From the NCBI RefSeq assembly GCF_018977255.1, contig NW_024704743.1, forward strand, positions 82,710,001-82,774,000: a stretch of 64,000 nucleotides of DNA. Reading direction: 5' to 3'. The DNA is from Callorhinchus milii. Its lineage: Eukaryota. The translations under genes were made by a program, and so were the position numbers. Below, piece by piece: positions 51,500-64,000 of the stretch (the stretch's first letter is position 1; every line of letters begins with the position of its first letter). The notes below the pieces were generated by a model. It searched no databases. It was not told where the DNA came from and worked only from the letters and a program-made list of their open reading frames with translations.

Positions 51500-54400
51500 A
51501 CAGTATAATTTCCTTCAAAAGAAGAGACCAGCATGAAGCTAAACCCGAGAGTCAAAGCCGTAAAAGTATTGATGAAAAACCATCAACTTCAAATGATGCA
51601 AATTTAGAGAATGTAACTGTTTCTGATAAACGTTGCCCAGATGGAAATCAAGAAGGGCAGTTAACACTCATGTCAGATGTTCCTCTTGTGTCACCAGTTG
51701 CTGAAAATCCAACTGAATTAACATTGCAGGATGGAAATCTTGAATCACTCTCGGATGTCAATTCGGTTGTTATTAAAACATCCAATGTTGAAAACCCTGA
51801 ATCAAAACTAAGCCCTGCTGATCGGAAAGCCCTCCGCACCTGCTCCTACTGTGGTCATTTGTTTCAGAACAGAAAGGGCTTGGAGGTACATATCAAGAGA
51901 CGTCACACAAAAGAAATGGAGTTTCACTGCCAACCTTGTGGCTATGCCTGTGTAACAAAAGGTGACTTTGAAAAACACTGTCAAAGTAACAGACATCAGA
52001 TTAATTTCTCCAGGATTAACTGTCGAATCTGTTCCTTTGTGACCTCAGATGAAGAGAGTCTTAAGAAACACATGAACCAGGAACACAATATGGCTTTTTA
52101 CTGTCTATCATGTAAACTGTACTTTGTTTCAGAGGAAGATTTAGTGAACCATGAAGGCACTGAGCAGCATACAAGCCTCATACTATCACAGAGAACAGAT
52201 GCTGTAGTTCAGCAAGCTGACAAACCACTGCTAGGACCAGAACTTAATAAAGTCCCTTCATCAGATGGAAAGCAAGAAGAACCTACTGAAGCAAAAGAAA
52301 GCTCTTTATTAAAAGATCCTCAGAGACTTTCTATAGCAAGAGTAGTTGCGGGAAATATATTAAGGCGTTCAGCACACAGTAGACCACAATTTCAGTGCAA
52401 GAACTGCTTTTATAAAGCTAGATCATCCACAGTTCTTATGAGACATATAAAACTTAGACATGCACAAGAATATCACTTTCTTTGTAAAGTCTGTAGTCTC
52501 TACACTATTACCAAGGAAGCCATGGAAAAGCATATTAAACGAAGCAGGCATATTGAAAATGCTAAGAAGAAAAACCTTGGGCCATCAGTGGAGGAGTGTG
52601 TTGAGGAAGTATCTGTAGGTGTTCGGGATGTTAAGAATAGTATGGAAACTCCTGGGGCTTCAGAAAACGTCAGTACTGAAATAGACAAAGGCTGTGTTCA
52701 AGTACTGAAGCCATCGAAATCCAAAGAAGAATTTGTTGTAACGTGGGAAATATCGGAAGGTGACTCAAACAACTCAGACGATCTTCAAAAAGATAGTGAT
52801 GCTCAGTCGTCAGATAATGTTAAGAGAGGCCGCCCCAAAGGGAATATTTCTAGAACATGTTCTTATTGTGGGTTACTGGCTTCCAGTATTACAAATCTGA
52901 ACATTCATATAAGGCGGAAGCATAGCCATCAATACAGTTACTTTTGTAAGGCATGCAACTACTACACTGTAACCAAAGGAGATATGGATCGTCACTGCAA
53001 CACTAAGAAGCACAAAAGTCGAGCTGATGTCACCAAGGCTGCTGAAGTGTGCAGGAAATCTGCTGTAGCTACTGATAAAGGAAATTCAGATGTAGTTGAG
53101 ACTAGCAATGTTCCTTCTTCTTCGGCTGAATGTGTTGATGACAGCACCAAGGTTTTGGAACCAGAGTCTTCTGATGTTAAGAAACTGACTGAGAACAACG
53201 ATAATTGCACTGAAGTAAATTTAGTTAGTGTCATTTCAGCAAAGGAACAGCAGAAAATGGAAAATCCAAAAGATATGGTAGATGTTGGTACAGACCACGA
53301 TACCCCAGCACAAGATGACAGTTCATCACAATCTAAGAAATTCAAAGGAAACCAGGCAACTACCTGTGAGTACTGTGGGTTTGTTGCTTACTCCCTCGCT
53401 ACTCTGGAGTTGCACGTCAAACGAAAGCACACTAAAGATTTTGACTTCTACTGTATGGCATGTGATTACTATGCTGTCACTCGGCGTGAAATGATGAGAC
53501 ATGCATTCACTGAGAAACATAAGCTTAAAAGTCAGTCCTACCTCAAACTAAATCAGGAAAAGGAACATTATGATGTATGTGAGACGAGCGTAACTGTGAC
53601 AGATTTGTCACAGAATACAAATCCAAAACAAAGTAGTGATGAATTTCAAGACAAAGGGAGCTGGGATCAGGAGGAGATGGTTTCAGAAGTTACTCAAGAT
53701 GTACACGAATTTCATACAGAAGAAAAAATATCTGAAGGAGCCAGTGATCCTCAAACACCAACAGTAGGCAGGAGAGAGAATTCTTTACAAAATGAAATGA
53801 CTAAAGAAGGTGAGACAAATATTGAGACTCGGTTAACAATGCAGAATTCAGAACATTCCTCTGAAGTTGAGGTTGGACTACCAGAAGCTGACAGTGCACA
53901 TATGCAAATGTCTTTAAACTCATTGAATTCAGCTGAAGAGTTGAATCCTGTATCAGAGAATCTTGTGACACCAGAAGCAGAAAAATTAAATTCTGAGGTT
54001 GAGGCACCTGCAGAGAATGATTCTGGTGGGTGTTGTGGAGAACTATTGACGTCACAAAAAAACAGTGTTGAGAATGATCAAACGATTAATGCAGATGCTG
54101 AAGAATCCCAGACAGAGAATAATTTTCAACAAGGCTCCCAAGCAGCAGAGGAAAAGCACGATGAGTCTGAACAAAATGTTATCCAACCAGAAGAGATGGC
54201 AAAGGGAAGCAGCATCGAGATAGATAGCACTTCAAGAGAGGTAGTCAAGGCAAAAGACGATAGGCCAGATGACAGTGATACGGCAGAACAGAACCACGAA
54301 ATGCAAACAGAATATTCAGGAGTCTCAAAAGAGAGTAATGCCGAACAAGTCCAAGAAATAATAGTGGAGATTTCAACCCTCTCCAAAGGTGATGGTGCTC

Positions 54401-55357
54401 AGCAAGAACATCGGAAAACCACAAGCCTGGAGCCATTGAAGAAGAGTTCCAGTCACTTGCAAGATAACCCTGCACAACATGGGGATAGTAACGATGAAGA
54501 CATCATGGAGACAGCTGAAGCAAAGATATCTGAACCGATTAATAGTGATCAGCAAACTGTTTTTGAAGACAATCAGGCTCTTTTAGATGAACAAAACAAA
54601 GCTGAAGCAGGAAACCAGGAAATGGAAAGTAATGCTTTGGAAGTTGCTGAGAGCATGAGTGATGGCCTTGCAAGGTCTGAATTCCAGAGCAAGGGTTTGC
54701 AAAAATATTTTGAGTTTGATGCCTCTATCATAAGATTAAAGAACAGTTCGTGGAATGAAAAATCAGATTGTACAGACAATAGTGAAGATAGCCAGGGAAA
54801 TGAGCCCATCACATCCAATGAGTGGGCAGTTGCCGTGTACAAGACTGATTCTTCACAGACCGTGAAAAAGAAGAGAAACGAAGGAGCTTTGTGTCAGGAC
54901 TCAAAACGAATACGCTGTGAGGATTGTGGGTTCTTAGCTGACGGTGTAAGTGGGTTAAATGTTCATATTGCCATGAAGCATCCTTCAGAGGAGAAGCATT
55001 TTCACTGTTTGTTGTGCGGGAAGTCATTTTACACCGAAAGTAACTTACATCAGCACCTGGCTAGTATAGGCCACCAAAGAATGGAGCAAGAGAGCATAGA
55101 AGAGTTACCAGAAGGTGGTGCCACCTTCAAGTGTGTGAAGTGCAACACACCCTTTGATTCTGAACAGGACCTCTTTGTACATATCAAGCAGAAGCATGAA
55201 GAAATGCTGAGGGAAGTTAATAAGTACATTGTGGAAGATACAGAGCAAATCAACCGAGAGCGTCAAGAGAATCAAGGCAATGTCTGCAAGCACTGTGGGA
55301 AGATCTGCAAGAGCAGCAATTCACTGGCTTTTCTAGCTCACATCCGCACACACACTG
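51418..55357 (+). CDS. ZNF407: Zinc finger protein 407, remainder of the large coding exon (14 zinc fingers, AT-hook-like RGRP motifs); gene continues beyond the window
   Basis: Open frame from 51418 (after TGA 51415-51417) to the phase-1 donor ACTG|GTATGT at 55358, ending AHIRTHT-G. ZNF407-typical segments include RIRCEDCGFLADGVSGLNVHIAMKHP, SIEELPEGGATFKCVKC and EVNKYIVEDTEQINRER. Confidence 0.93.
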
Positions 55358-57214
55358 GTATGTATTGTACATTCAGGTTACTTACTTGAAGATCTCTTTT
55401 GTTTCTCTCTCAGTATAGGTGACTTAAATGAATGTAAAATTAAATATTTCTACCCTGTAAAAAAAACAGATACTCTTCCATTGGGATCAAAGCTGATCCC
55501 AGGTGGAAAAGGGGAGGAAAAGCAGTAAACCTAAATGTTATCCAACAACAATTTGCAATTATACAATGTCTTCCATGTAAAAGGAAGTCATGCTGTCAAA
55601 GCAGTTGATAAACATTGTGCTGCACATCAAATAAGAAAATAAGAATTAAATACATTGACCAAAGGCACCGTTAAAGGGAATATGTTTTTAGAAATTAATG
55701 AGAGAGGGACAGGGGCACAAGGTGAAGTGCTTTTGGAAGAGAGCTCCAGAGGACAAGGCGGTGAAGGTGAAGAAATGGGGGAGCAGTAAATCAGTCAGAA
55801 GACCGTATTATATAATGATAAAAGAGGTGAAGTACCTCACAAAGTCCTCTTATCAAAGTCCTGTGTTCACTTCCACATCACAACCTAATGTGACTAAGTG
55901 GACATGTTGATAGTCAGTGTGCAGATACATAGCATTCTGGTTTCCTGGTTGCCAATTGAGGTGGGGATAATGGGCAAGTGAAGCCTTATGTAGGAGAGAA
56001 CGCAAGTTCTGGATCAGTTGAAGTCCTTGGAGAGTGAAATAGGGAGGTTCACAAGGAGAGCGTTGGAAATATTGATCCATTGGCGGAGTATGTTAAGGGC
56101 TTAAGAGGACATTATTTTGGCAGTGGAACAAGGTGGTATTGAAGATGAATTAGTTGTAGGATGTGAAACTCAGCTCAAGTAGAACACCAAGTTTCAACAT
56201 GCCCGATAGAGAAGCAAAGGAGGCTGCTGGAGGAAGGTAGTACAGAGGGGCAGTTTGGCGCACAACTACATATAAAATATTAAACAATATAAATAAACTG
56301 ATCCCTGTCTTCTTACTTCCCCAGCAAAACAAGGAATTAGGACCAAGTGAAAAATAGTAAAAAGTAAATTTGGAATAGTTATCAGAAAAATAATCTTTAC
56401 TCAAGAGAGGCAAAAACCATTATTTAAATTACAATTAGATGGTGTGTTGAAAGAATGAATGTACAAGAAGTGGGCCAAATGGCCTATTCTCTGGCAGCTA
56501 GTTCAGAAGTCTTAGATTTTAGAGGGCCAGGATTAACCATTTTATATTACTTGATGTTTATTGACAAGATGCAGAGCTAACTCAAGCGGTGTATATGTTG
56601 AAGATCTTTATGCAATTGTCTGGTTCAGGCATGTTACCTGTAATTGATGTGTCTATTACTTGTAATTATGGTCCATAAGTCTTGTAAATGTGTTAAACCT
56701 CACTAAAAGCATACCAAATCCAGAAGAGAGTAAAAGATGCATTATGTTCTAGGACCAATAATTTAAAATAATCGATGTAGGCTTTTCAGCACTTAATTTC
56801 CCTTGTGTTTTGATAGCTAATCATTCTTTATGCATTAAGATTTATTCTATAACTTAAAATGCAAAATATGTTTGCAGTGGATACACTTAACATTAGGAGA
56901 TGTCTGCCAGGTTAAGTATTGTTGAACGCAGTTCACTTTTTCTGTTTGACAATATGTGTTAATTCTATTCAAGATCAAGTTAATGTGACAGCTGAAATGA
57001 TGTAACTACCCATAAATGACACTACAACCTTTGAGTGAGAGTTGCAGCATTGCTAGCAGTTCCCAGGACCAGTCAGAACAGTATTGACTTTCACCCCTCT
57101 ATAGAGCCAAAGCTGTCATTTTAGGTTTGCATCCACTTGATTATGAGAAGGGAGATATTGAGAGAAATAAAATTGAATGTTGCTGAATAATACACGATTG
57201 GGGTTAAATTTGCA

Positions 57215-57760
57215 ACAAACAACAAAATTACATTTATAGAGCGCCTTTCATGTCGGGAGGATGTCCCGAGGCGCTGGACAGTCGGGTCAGGACCTGAGCA
57301 TTGGGGGAGGGGTGGGGTAGGAGTGAGGGAAAGCAGAGAGGTGGGAGGGCGACTGAAGGCATGATTGAAGAGAAGGGTCTTGAGACCGGCCTTGAAGGAG
57401 TCAAGGGAGGAAGTGAGGTGAAGGGACTGTGGGATGGAGTTACAGAGTGTTGGGGCAGAGAGGCTGAAAGCTCGGCCATCAATGGTAGGGCGAGTCGGGC
57501 GGGAGACATGGAGCAGGCCAGAGCCCGCTGAACGGAGGGAACGGGCAGGTTGGTAGGGAGTCAGCAGGACAGAGAGCTAGGATGGGGCAAGGCCATGGAT
57601 GGCCTTGAAAGTGAGGACAAGGATCTTGAATTCGATCCTCTGAGGAATGGGGAGCCAGTTGGGTTGGGCGAGGGTGGGAGTGATGGGGTCTTGGAGCCTG
57701 GTGCTCGAGATGATCTGCAGCTTGTGAAGGGAAGAGTTGGGAAGGCCGATGAGGAGGGAG
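57215..57760 (-). mobile_element. L2 LINE 3' fragment
   Basis: Minus-strand SLLIGLPNSSLHKLQII...WLPIPQRIEFKILVLTFKAIHG and L2 tail. Confidence 0.88.
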
Positions 57761-58249
57761 TATTGAATTGCAAGTATTGGATTGCAAGATTGCGAGCAAA
57801 TTAAGAATCCCAAACTGTCTAATTTATGAAAGGCCAACAAGCAAATGTCCAGCATTTTCGCTGCTGTTTGCTCGCCAGACTTTTTTCGGAATGCTGTTTT
57901 GAGAATCTTACCGATAATCCAATATTATCAAATACAGTAATGTGGTTTGTGAATATTTAATTTTTTACCCAATAATAATCCTTGCATTTGATATAGCGCC
58001 TTATCATGCCATTGAGATGTATCAAAGCTTTTGATACAACACTAGGTCTAATTTGTGATAAATGCAAACTGGAATCATTGTATTAATTGCAAAATCCAAT
58101 TTGCAAAATTCAAGCCCGGTGAATCCCAAGTCTGGCCAGCCCATTGATGCATTTTGGCAGATGAATATTGGTCCCATGCTCTAGTTCATTCCTGGCATTG
58201 TCGTCTTTGTCAACTAGCAGTGTTTTGTTTTCATTTCCTCCCATTTCCT

Positions 58250-59870
58250 TCTCGAGCTCCTCCAGTCTGGTTTCTGCCCAGAACTGAGATAGCACTTGTC
58301 AAGGTTACAAAGGACAGCTTCTATCTCTGTGACCAGGGCTCCCTCTACTCTTTGTCCTCCTGGATCTCTCTGCTTTTGACACAGTTTAAATGCCATCCTC
58401 CTTGACCACCTCTCCTCCTTCATCACCTCAGTGGGACTGCCCTCTCCCAGTTGAAGTCCTTCTTATCCCACTGCAACCATTTCTACTCTAATGGTTTCTC
58501 TTCCCCCACCCACACCACCCCACCCACCCCCCTACAAAGTCACCTTTGGTCGCCTCTCCTTTTTTTCATTTCCCTCTTAGTGATATCATTCACAGACATG
58601 GGGGTCAACTTCCACGTGTAAGTTGATGATCCCTAAATCTATTTTCCTCTTCTAGTTGCAACCCCAGTCCTACTGATGTTCTGACTGCTTGCTTGTCTGA
58701 TATCTTGGATGAGTGCCAACGTTTTGCAGCTAAAATGGAGAAAACAGAAGGCATCCTATTTGGCTCCAGTCAACTTCTTCTAACCTTTGATTCTGAACTG
58801 CTTGATCTTCCCATCCTATCTCTCAGACCAAATCAGTTAATAATAATAATCCTTGCATTTGATATAGCACTTTTCACGTCTTCTAGACATCTCAAAGCGC
58901 TTCACAGAATAGACTGTAAAGTGAATTGACTGTATATTTGTGAGCGAAATGTGGCAGCCAATTGCGCACAGCAATGTCCCACAAACAGTCGTGGATTGAA
59001 ATGACCAATTTATTGTTTTTTTTGAGGGATTATTATCAGGCATGTGGAGTAAGGAAACTTGCCCAAGGTTTCACCCTGCCGGGAATCGAACCCGGGTCTC
59101 ACTTGCAAAGCGAGTGCTCTAACCACTGAGCTACAGGACTTTTTTGGTGTCGGGTTTGATCCCCAGTTATCTTTTCTATCCCACATCCAGTCCCTGACCA
59201 AGACTACCTTCCTCCACCTCTGCCACATCGCTTGCCTTCGTCCCTGTCTTCAAATGCTGCTGAAACTCTCATTCATGATTTTGTCACTTCTTGCCTTGAT
59301 TATTTTTTCCAATACACTCCTCACCATCTTCCCAACTCCACTATTAACAAGGTCCAAATGATTAGAAACTCTGCCGCCTGTGTCCTCACCTGTCCCAGGC
59401 TCCACACCTCATCACGCCCGTTCTTGCCAGGCTCTACTGGCTCCATGTTGCAAAATAGATCAATTTCAAGATACTTACTCTCAAATCTGTTCACACCTTG
59501 GTATTTCCTTACACAACAACAACAACTTGCATATATATAGCGACCCTCACACAGGGTAGCATCCCAGAGCGTTTATCTGCTCATACTTATCTCATGCCTA
59601 CCTCTCCCATCTGTTCCTATCTACTCATCTACCTGTCACCTTTGCTCATTTGTCTTGGGTCTTCTGCACATCCTCATCCCTTTGACTCCAGAATTGGTGG
59701 CCGTGCTTTCAGCCCCTATGTCCTCCTTTCTGTTTGCATTCAAATCATACCTGAATCCTCTTTGAAGTTATCCCCTCCTCTCCCTTTCCAACTTGGCGTC
59801 AAGGCTCACAATTTTAAGTGCTCCAAGACGCTACCCTCTTACAGGGTGTGATGTAAATACAAGTTATTGT
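58250..59870 (+). mobile_element. Old L2 LINE fragment containing a nested tRNA SINE
   Basis: QSGF..(ccagtctggtttctgccc), TEIALVKV, LDLSAFDT-like and FDPQLSFLSHI motifs; continuity broken at 58840-59140. Confidence 0.8.
58840..59140 (-). mobile_element. tRNA SINE, short form, nested in L2
   Basis: Near-identical to 48867-49171. Confidence 0.9.
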
Positions 59871-61099
59871 TTTCTCCTTATACAGTAAAATTCATTTGGG
59901 AGTTTTCTTATTTTTATGTTGTCATTGTCTGCTTTTTCTTGCCTTAAATCTATCTATGGTCCTTTCGATAATGCCAGCATTATATGGTCCCATATCTTGC
60001 TTTTGTTGGAAATTGTTGACTCTTCGGTTTGAGTGGGCTAAAAAGAAAACACGTACTGCTACAACAAATTGCATTGATATAGAGCCTTCCATGTCAGATA
60101 CACTTTACAGCATATCTTATGAAGTGCTTTGGGACATCTTCCAAATGTGAAAGATGCTACACCAAATGCAACGATTATTATTTTTTTTATTATTTTTATT
60201 TTCAAAGTGTTTGGCAGCATCAACTTTAGCTGCACCTTCTTTTTGTTTTGTTTGTTGTTGCTGTTACAGAAAGTAGCCATAATGCCCTGTGCCTTCATTC
60301 CCACTGTGCATGATGTTATGTATACTGTGGGAACCTTAAAATCAATTTAAAAATAATATATAATCTTCGTACTTTTGATATTTGAAAACAAATTTAAAAC
60401 ATTGGATGAATGTTGAAAGATATAAATATGATGCACTGATAAAGGGGTGAAAACATTTGGGTTCAAAGATCGAGGACGGAACGACTAGGTTTGATAACCC
60501 ATATTGAAAACTAAGAGTCAGCACCATTGTGGAGATATTTGATGATCCCTGTCTGTAAGTAACAGCTTGGCAGACCTGGTGAGATCGAGTTCATCGCAGC
60601 TGGAATGTTGCACAAAAAGATTACGAGGGAAATTGATTTAGTACTCCACTATGTTAAAAGTGCTTTTTGTTGTTCCAATATTCTGGCACTTAATGTTTCT
60701 CTGGCTCCACAGTGGCAGATTAATACATTTTTATTTTGCTGATTACAATACTGCAGTTGCTGAGAGAATTTATTTCCTTCGTCATCGTTCTATGTAAATG
60801 TTAAATGTGCAAGTATTAGACAAATGGGCCAACAGAGTGGAGAGAGGTTTACCTGTGCTGTACTTGATCTGGGAGTATTTGATGCTGACATTTGATACCT
60901 GGACATATCCCAGAACTAATCCCTTACCTTGATGAGCACAGATATTGACTTGGAATTTATTTTCACACCTTTTGCTATTTCCTGCTTTCAAATAAGCACT
61001 CAGTACCATGTGTCTTCAGTATCTCCATCTAAAGAATGATTTTTCTGACTATGAAAATAACCAAGGGAGACAATCTCGAGAAAACATGGCTTAAATCTG

Positions 61100-62057
61100 A
61101 CTACTTCCCCCTCCCCATCTACCCCTCACACCCCGACCCTACCCATCCTACCCTCCACACCTACGAACCTGTCTCCCTTTCCTCACTCACCACCATCATA
61201 ACCCACATGAAACCGACCACCTGTTCACTTGACCCCATCGGTACAACCCCTCCTTATCTCCCAGCTGCACCTCCTTGCCCCTGATTCACAGATATGCCAA
61301 CCCTCTCCCTGTTCACTGGCACTGTTCCCACCCCTTTAAGAATGACCAGGGTTCCCAGACGTGGTGTCAACTTCCACATGTATGCGGATGACACCCAACT
61401 CTATCTCTCTGCCTCCACCCTGGACTCCAGGACCACTGCTATCCTGACACAATCTGTCAGACATCAAGTCCTGGATGAGAGGTAACTTTTTACAGTTCAA
61501 CGTCAACAGAGCACTTAACAGTGGTGAAGCCTGACTCCAAACCAGGGGTGGGTGGGGGAAGGTGGCCATAAGCACGGTCGAAGAGGAAGGTTTTCAGGCG
61601 GGCCTCCACACTGACAGCATCACCATCCAAGGATGAACACCACCTCACTGAGTCAGTCTGGAACCTTGGCATCTTGTTTGACCCTCAGCTATCCTTTCTA
61701 CCTCACATCTGTGCCATGGTCCGCTTTGCCTTCCCCCACCTCTGCAGTATCACCCGGCTCTGCCACTGTCTCACACCGCAGGCGCCGAAACCCTCATACA
61801 TGTATTCATAACATCCAGGCTTGACTATGCAAACTCTCTGCTTGTCGGCCTCCCCAACTCCTCCCTCCATAGGCTGCATATCATCCAGAATTCTGCAGCT
61901 CGTGTCCTCTCCCGCACCAGACTCCGCGACCCTATCCCCCCCATCCTCGTCCCACTCCACTGGCTTCCTATCGCACAGAGGATCCTGGTTCAAGATCCTG
62001 GTCCTCACCTTCAAAGCCCTCCATGGTCTTGCTCCCCCCTATCTCTGCAACCTCCTA
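61100..62057 (+). mobile_element. Rearranged L2 LINE fragment
   Basis: MKPTTCSLDP, FHMYADDTQLY, SRLDYANSLL-like, FKALHGLAPPYL motifs; inverted L2 3'UTR piece at ~61508-61605. Confidence 0.88.
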
Positions 62058-62239
62058 ATTTTGGTGTTGTTAAATTCGATAAGCCTTTGGTTCCTGGTGC
62101 TGTGGAAACCGGTTAGTTTATATTATGCGTGGATTTTGCAGCACTCCCATAAGAGAAAAACTTTTACTTTTAAGTGGAGATTTCAGACTTGTACCCATTC
62201 TGTTATTTGAACAACAAGATCTGTCCATTATATAACAAC

Positions 62240-62585
62240 AATGTTATCCTTGTTTTGATATAGCACCTTATCACAGATTTGAAATGTCTCAAAATGCTTC
62301 CTGGGATTTACTATAAAAGTGTAGTGGCTTTGTGTTTGTAGCAATGTCCTACAAAAAAACATAAATTGAAGGATCAATTTTATCCGGAAGATGGTTGGCG
62401 AGGATACTGGGAGAATGTCCTTCCCCTTCTAAATAGTGCCAAAGGATTTTTAAAATCCGACTGAACAAGCGGACAAGACTTCAATTTAACGGTTCATGTG
62501 AAGTATGTCACGTCTGACAATGCAGCACACATCCAGCACTGTAATGGAATATCAGCCTAGACTATGAGCTCAAAGTCCCAACATG
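62240..62585 (-). mobile_element. Deu-domain SINE, diverged
   Basis: aaatagtgcc...ctgaacaag...tttaacg...tctgacaatgcagcac core. Confidence 0.65.
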
Positions 62586-63219
62586 GTAGACTTTATCCTG
62601 AAGAGGATGAGCCCTGGTGTGCTAAGTAGCAGCCACTTATCTGAAGTTTTGGATAGCCATTAAGGAGTACTTCAAAAATTGCATTGGTCCTTTGCCCATT
62701 CTAGGTAGACATCTTTTTTACCCTCCCTCTGGTCCAAATGCGTTTTGTAACAGTTGTATACCTCAAATTCGAAGATCAACTTGTTCCTGTCTTGAAAACT
62801 AGCCACTTGATGCTATACTCAGGAATTGTTTTATTGTGTGATGTGTAAGACTTTGTGGTGTTTCAGTGTTTGTTACTTGAAGAGATGAACTGCAACAATC
62901 CCAAGCTGTAGGTGGAAAAGAATGAAATTGTCACAATTGTTCTTGTTATGTGGTGACAATATTGTATGTTATCCAAGAACAAGTTTTAAATGGTTATCTG
63001 ACATCCTAATCGAATCATGGTAGGTTTAAAAAATAACTACTCAAAACCATGAACCATTATATACTGGAAAAAATAAACTGTACCAAATTAGGAAATAACA
63101 CCATCAACAACAGCATATATTTATATAGTGCCCATCACACAGGTTAGTGTCCCAGAGTCTTGATCTCAGAGCCAGAACAATATGTCTTATGTATAACACG
63201 CTTATTGTGAAAATGTTGT

Positions 63220-63580
63220 GAAGTCCTGTAGCTTAGTGGTTCAACACTCACCTCGCAAGCGAGAGGACCTAGGTTCGATTCCCGAGCAGGGCGAAACGTT
63301 GAGCAAATTTCCTTACTCCACACGCCTCTGTTTACTTAGCAGCAAGTAGGAACCTGGTTATTAGTCGATTGGTGGATTGCTTTTCTGGTGGTAATAATCC
63401 CTTAAAAAAAATAAAAAATATTAATTTATGACTGATTGTGGGACACTGCTGTACACAATTAGCTGCTGTGTTTCACCCACAAAATATACAGTTAGTTCAC
63501 TTTACAGTATATTCTGTGAAGTGCTTTGAGATGTCTCGAAGACATAATAAGGCGCTATATCAAATGCAAGGACAATTATT
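63220..63580 (+). mobile_element. tRNA SINE, long form, full length
   Basis: Head agtcctgtagcttagtggtt...ggttcgattccc, central gcctctgtttacttagcagcaagtagg block, shared tail. Confidence 0.88.
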
Positions 63581-64000
63581 TTGCAGAATTGATTGAGGTG
63601 TTTAAAATGAACATGATAGATACTTGAGATATAATGGTATTGGAGGATTTGCAAGAAAGGTGGGGAAATGGGTTTAAAAGATTTGCATTGTCTAAAATAT
63701 GGCAGAAGAGGCCCTAAAAAACCCTATTGTTCCTATGTAGTCCCTATTTGCATTAATAATCTTGTTCTTGTTCATGGTTCCTTCTGTTTCACTTTTTTTT
63801 ATTTATTTTTTTTCTTCCTCTGCAAATTCTATATTCTGTCATCTTTAGTGGACAGATTTAATGCCACTATTTCCCATACTTGGATTACTCTAAATCCCAA
63901 CAGGCGTGCAACTCAAAGATCAATATCAACAATGTCAGACCAGGTATTTCTCTATGGCAGTTGATTATTTTTGACACTTGTATTCACTAAAGTGAACCTA

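Noticed and set aside
51670..55389. Independent 1239-aa gene starting at ATG 51670 and ending at 55389
   Set aside because: The frame is open from 51418 and belongs to the same ZNF407 exon; the last residues (MYCTFRLLT) are intron read-through past the donor at 55358.
55358..64000. Next ZNF407 coding exon (expected SKPFKC...)
   Set aside because: No matching exon found by eye; it presumably lies beyond the window.

Overview
Vertebrate genomic DNA, most likely from a cartilaginous fish (inferred from the L2, CR1, Deu-SINE and tRNA-SINE repeat mix; species not determinable). The main gene is ZNF407 on the + strand. It has a CpG-island promoter with a probable non-coding first exon (donor at 12140), a ~37.6 kb repeat-rich intron, and a 5.6 kb coding exon (49755-55357) encoding about 19 zinc fingers. 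That exon has an unexplained frame break at 51418-51496. Upstream (~1-8.7 kb), and not captured by the ORF track, is a decayed carnosine dipeptidase (CNDP) pseudogene: one well-preserved 144-nt exon with two stop codons plus several eroded exons in the correct order, at the position CNDP1 occupies next to ZNF407 in mammals. Other items: a strand-asymmetric GC pentamer array next to the promoter, two uORFs before the ZNF407 start, a THAP-domain fossil, a Penelope-type palindrome with a degenerate hammerhead core, MITEs, nested retroelements and a ~105-bp dispersed duplication. Protein comparisons use recalled sequences, not database searches; repeat boundaries are approximate.
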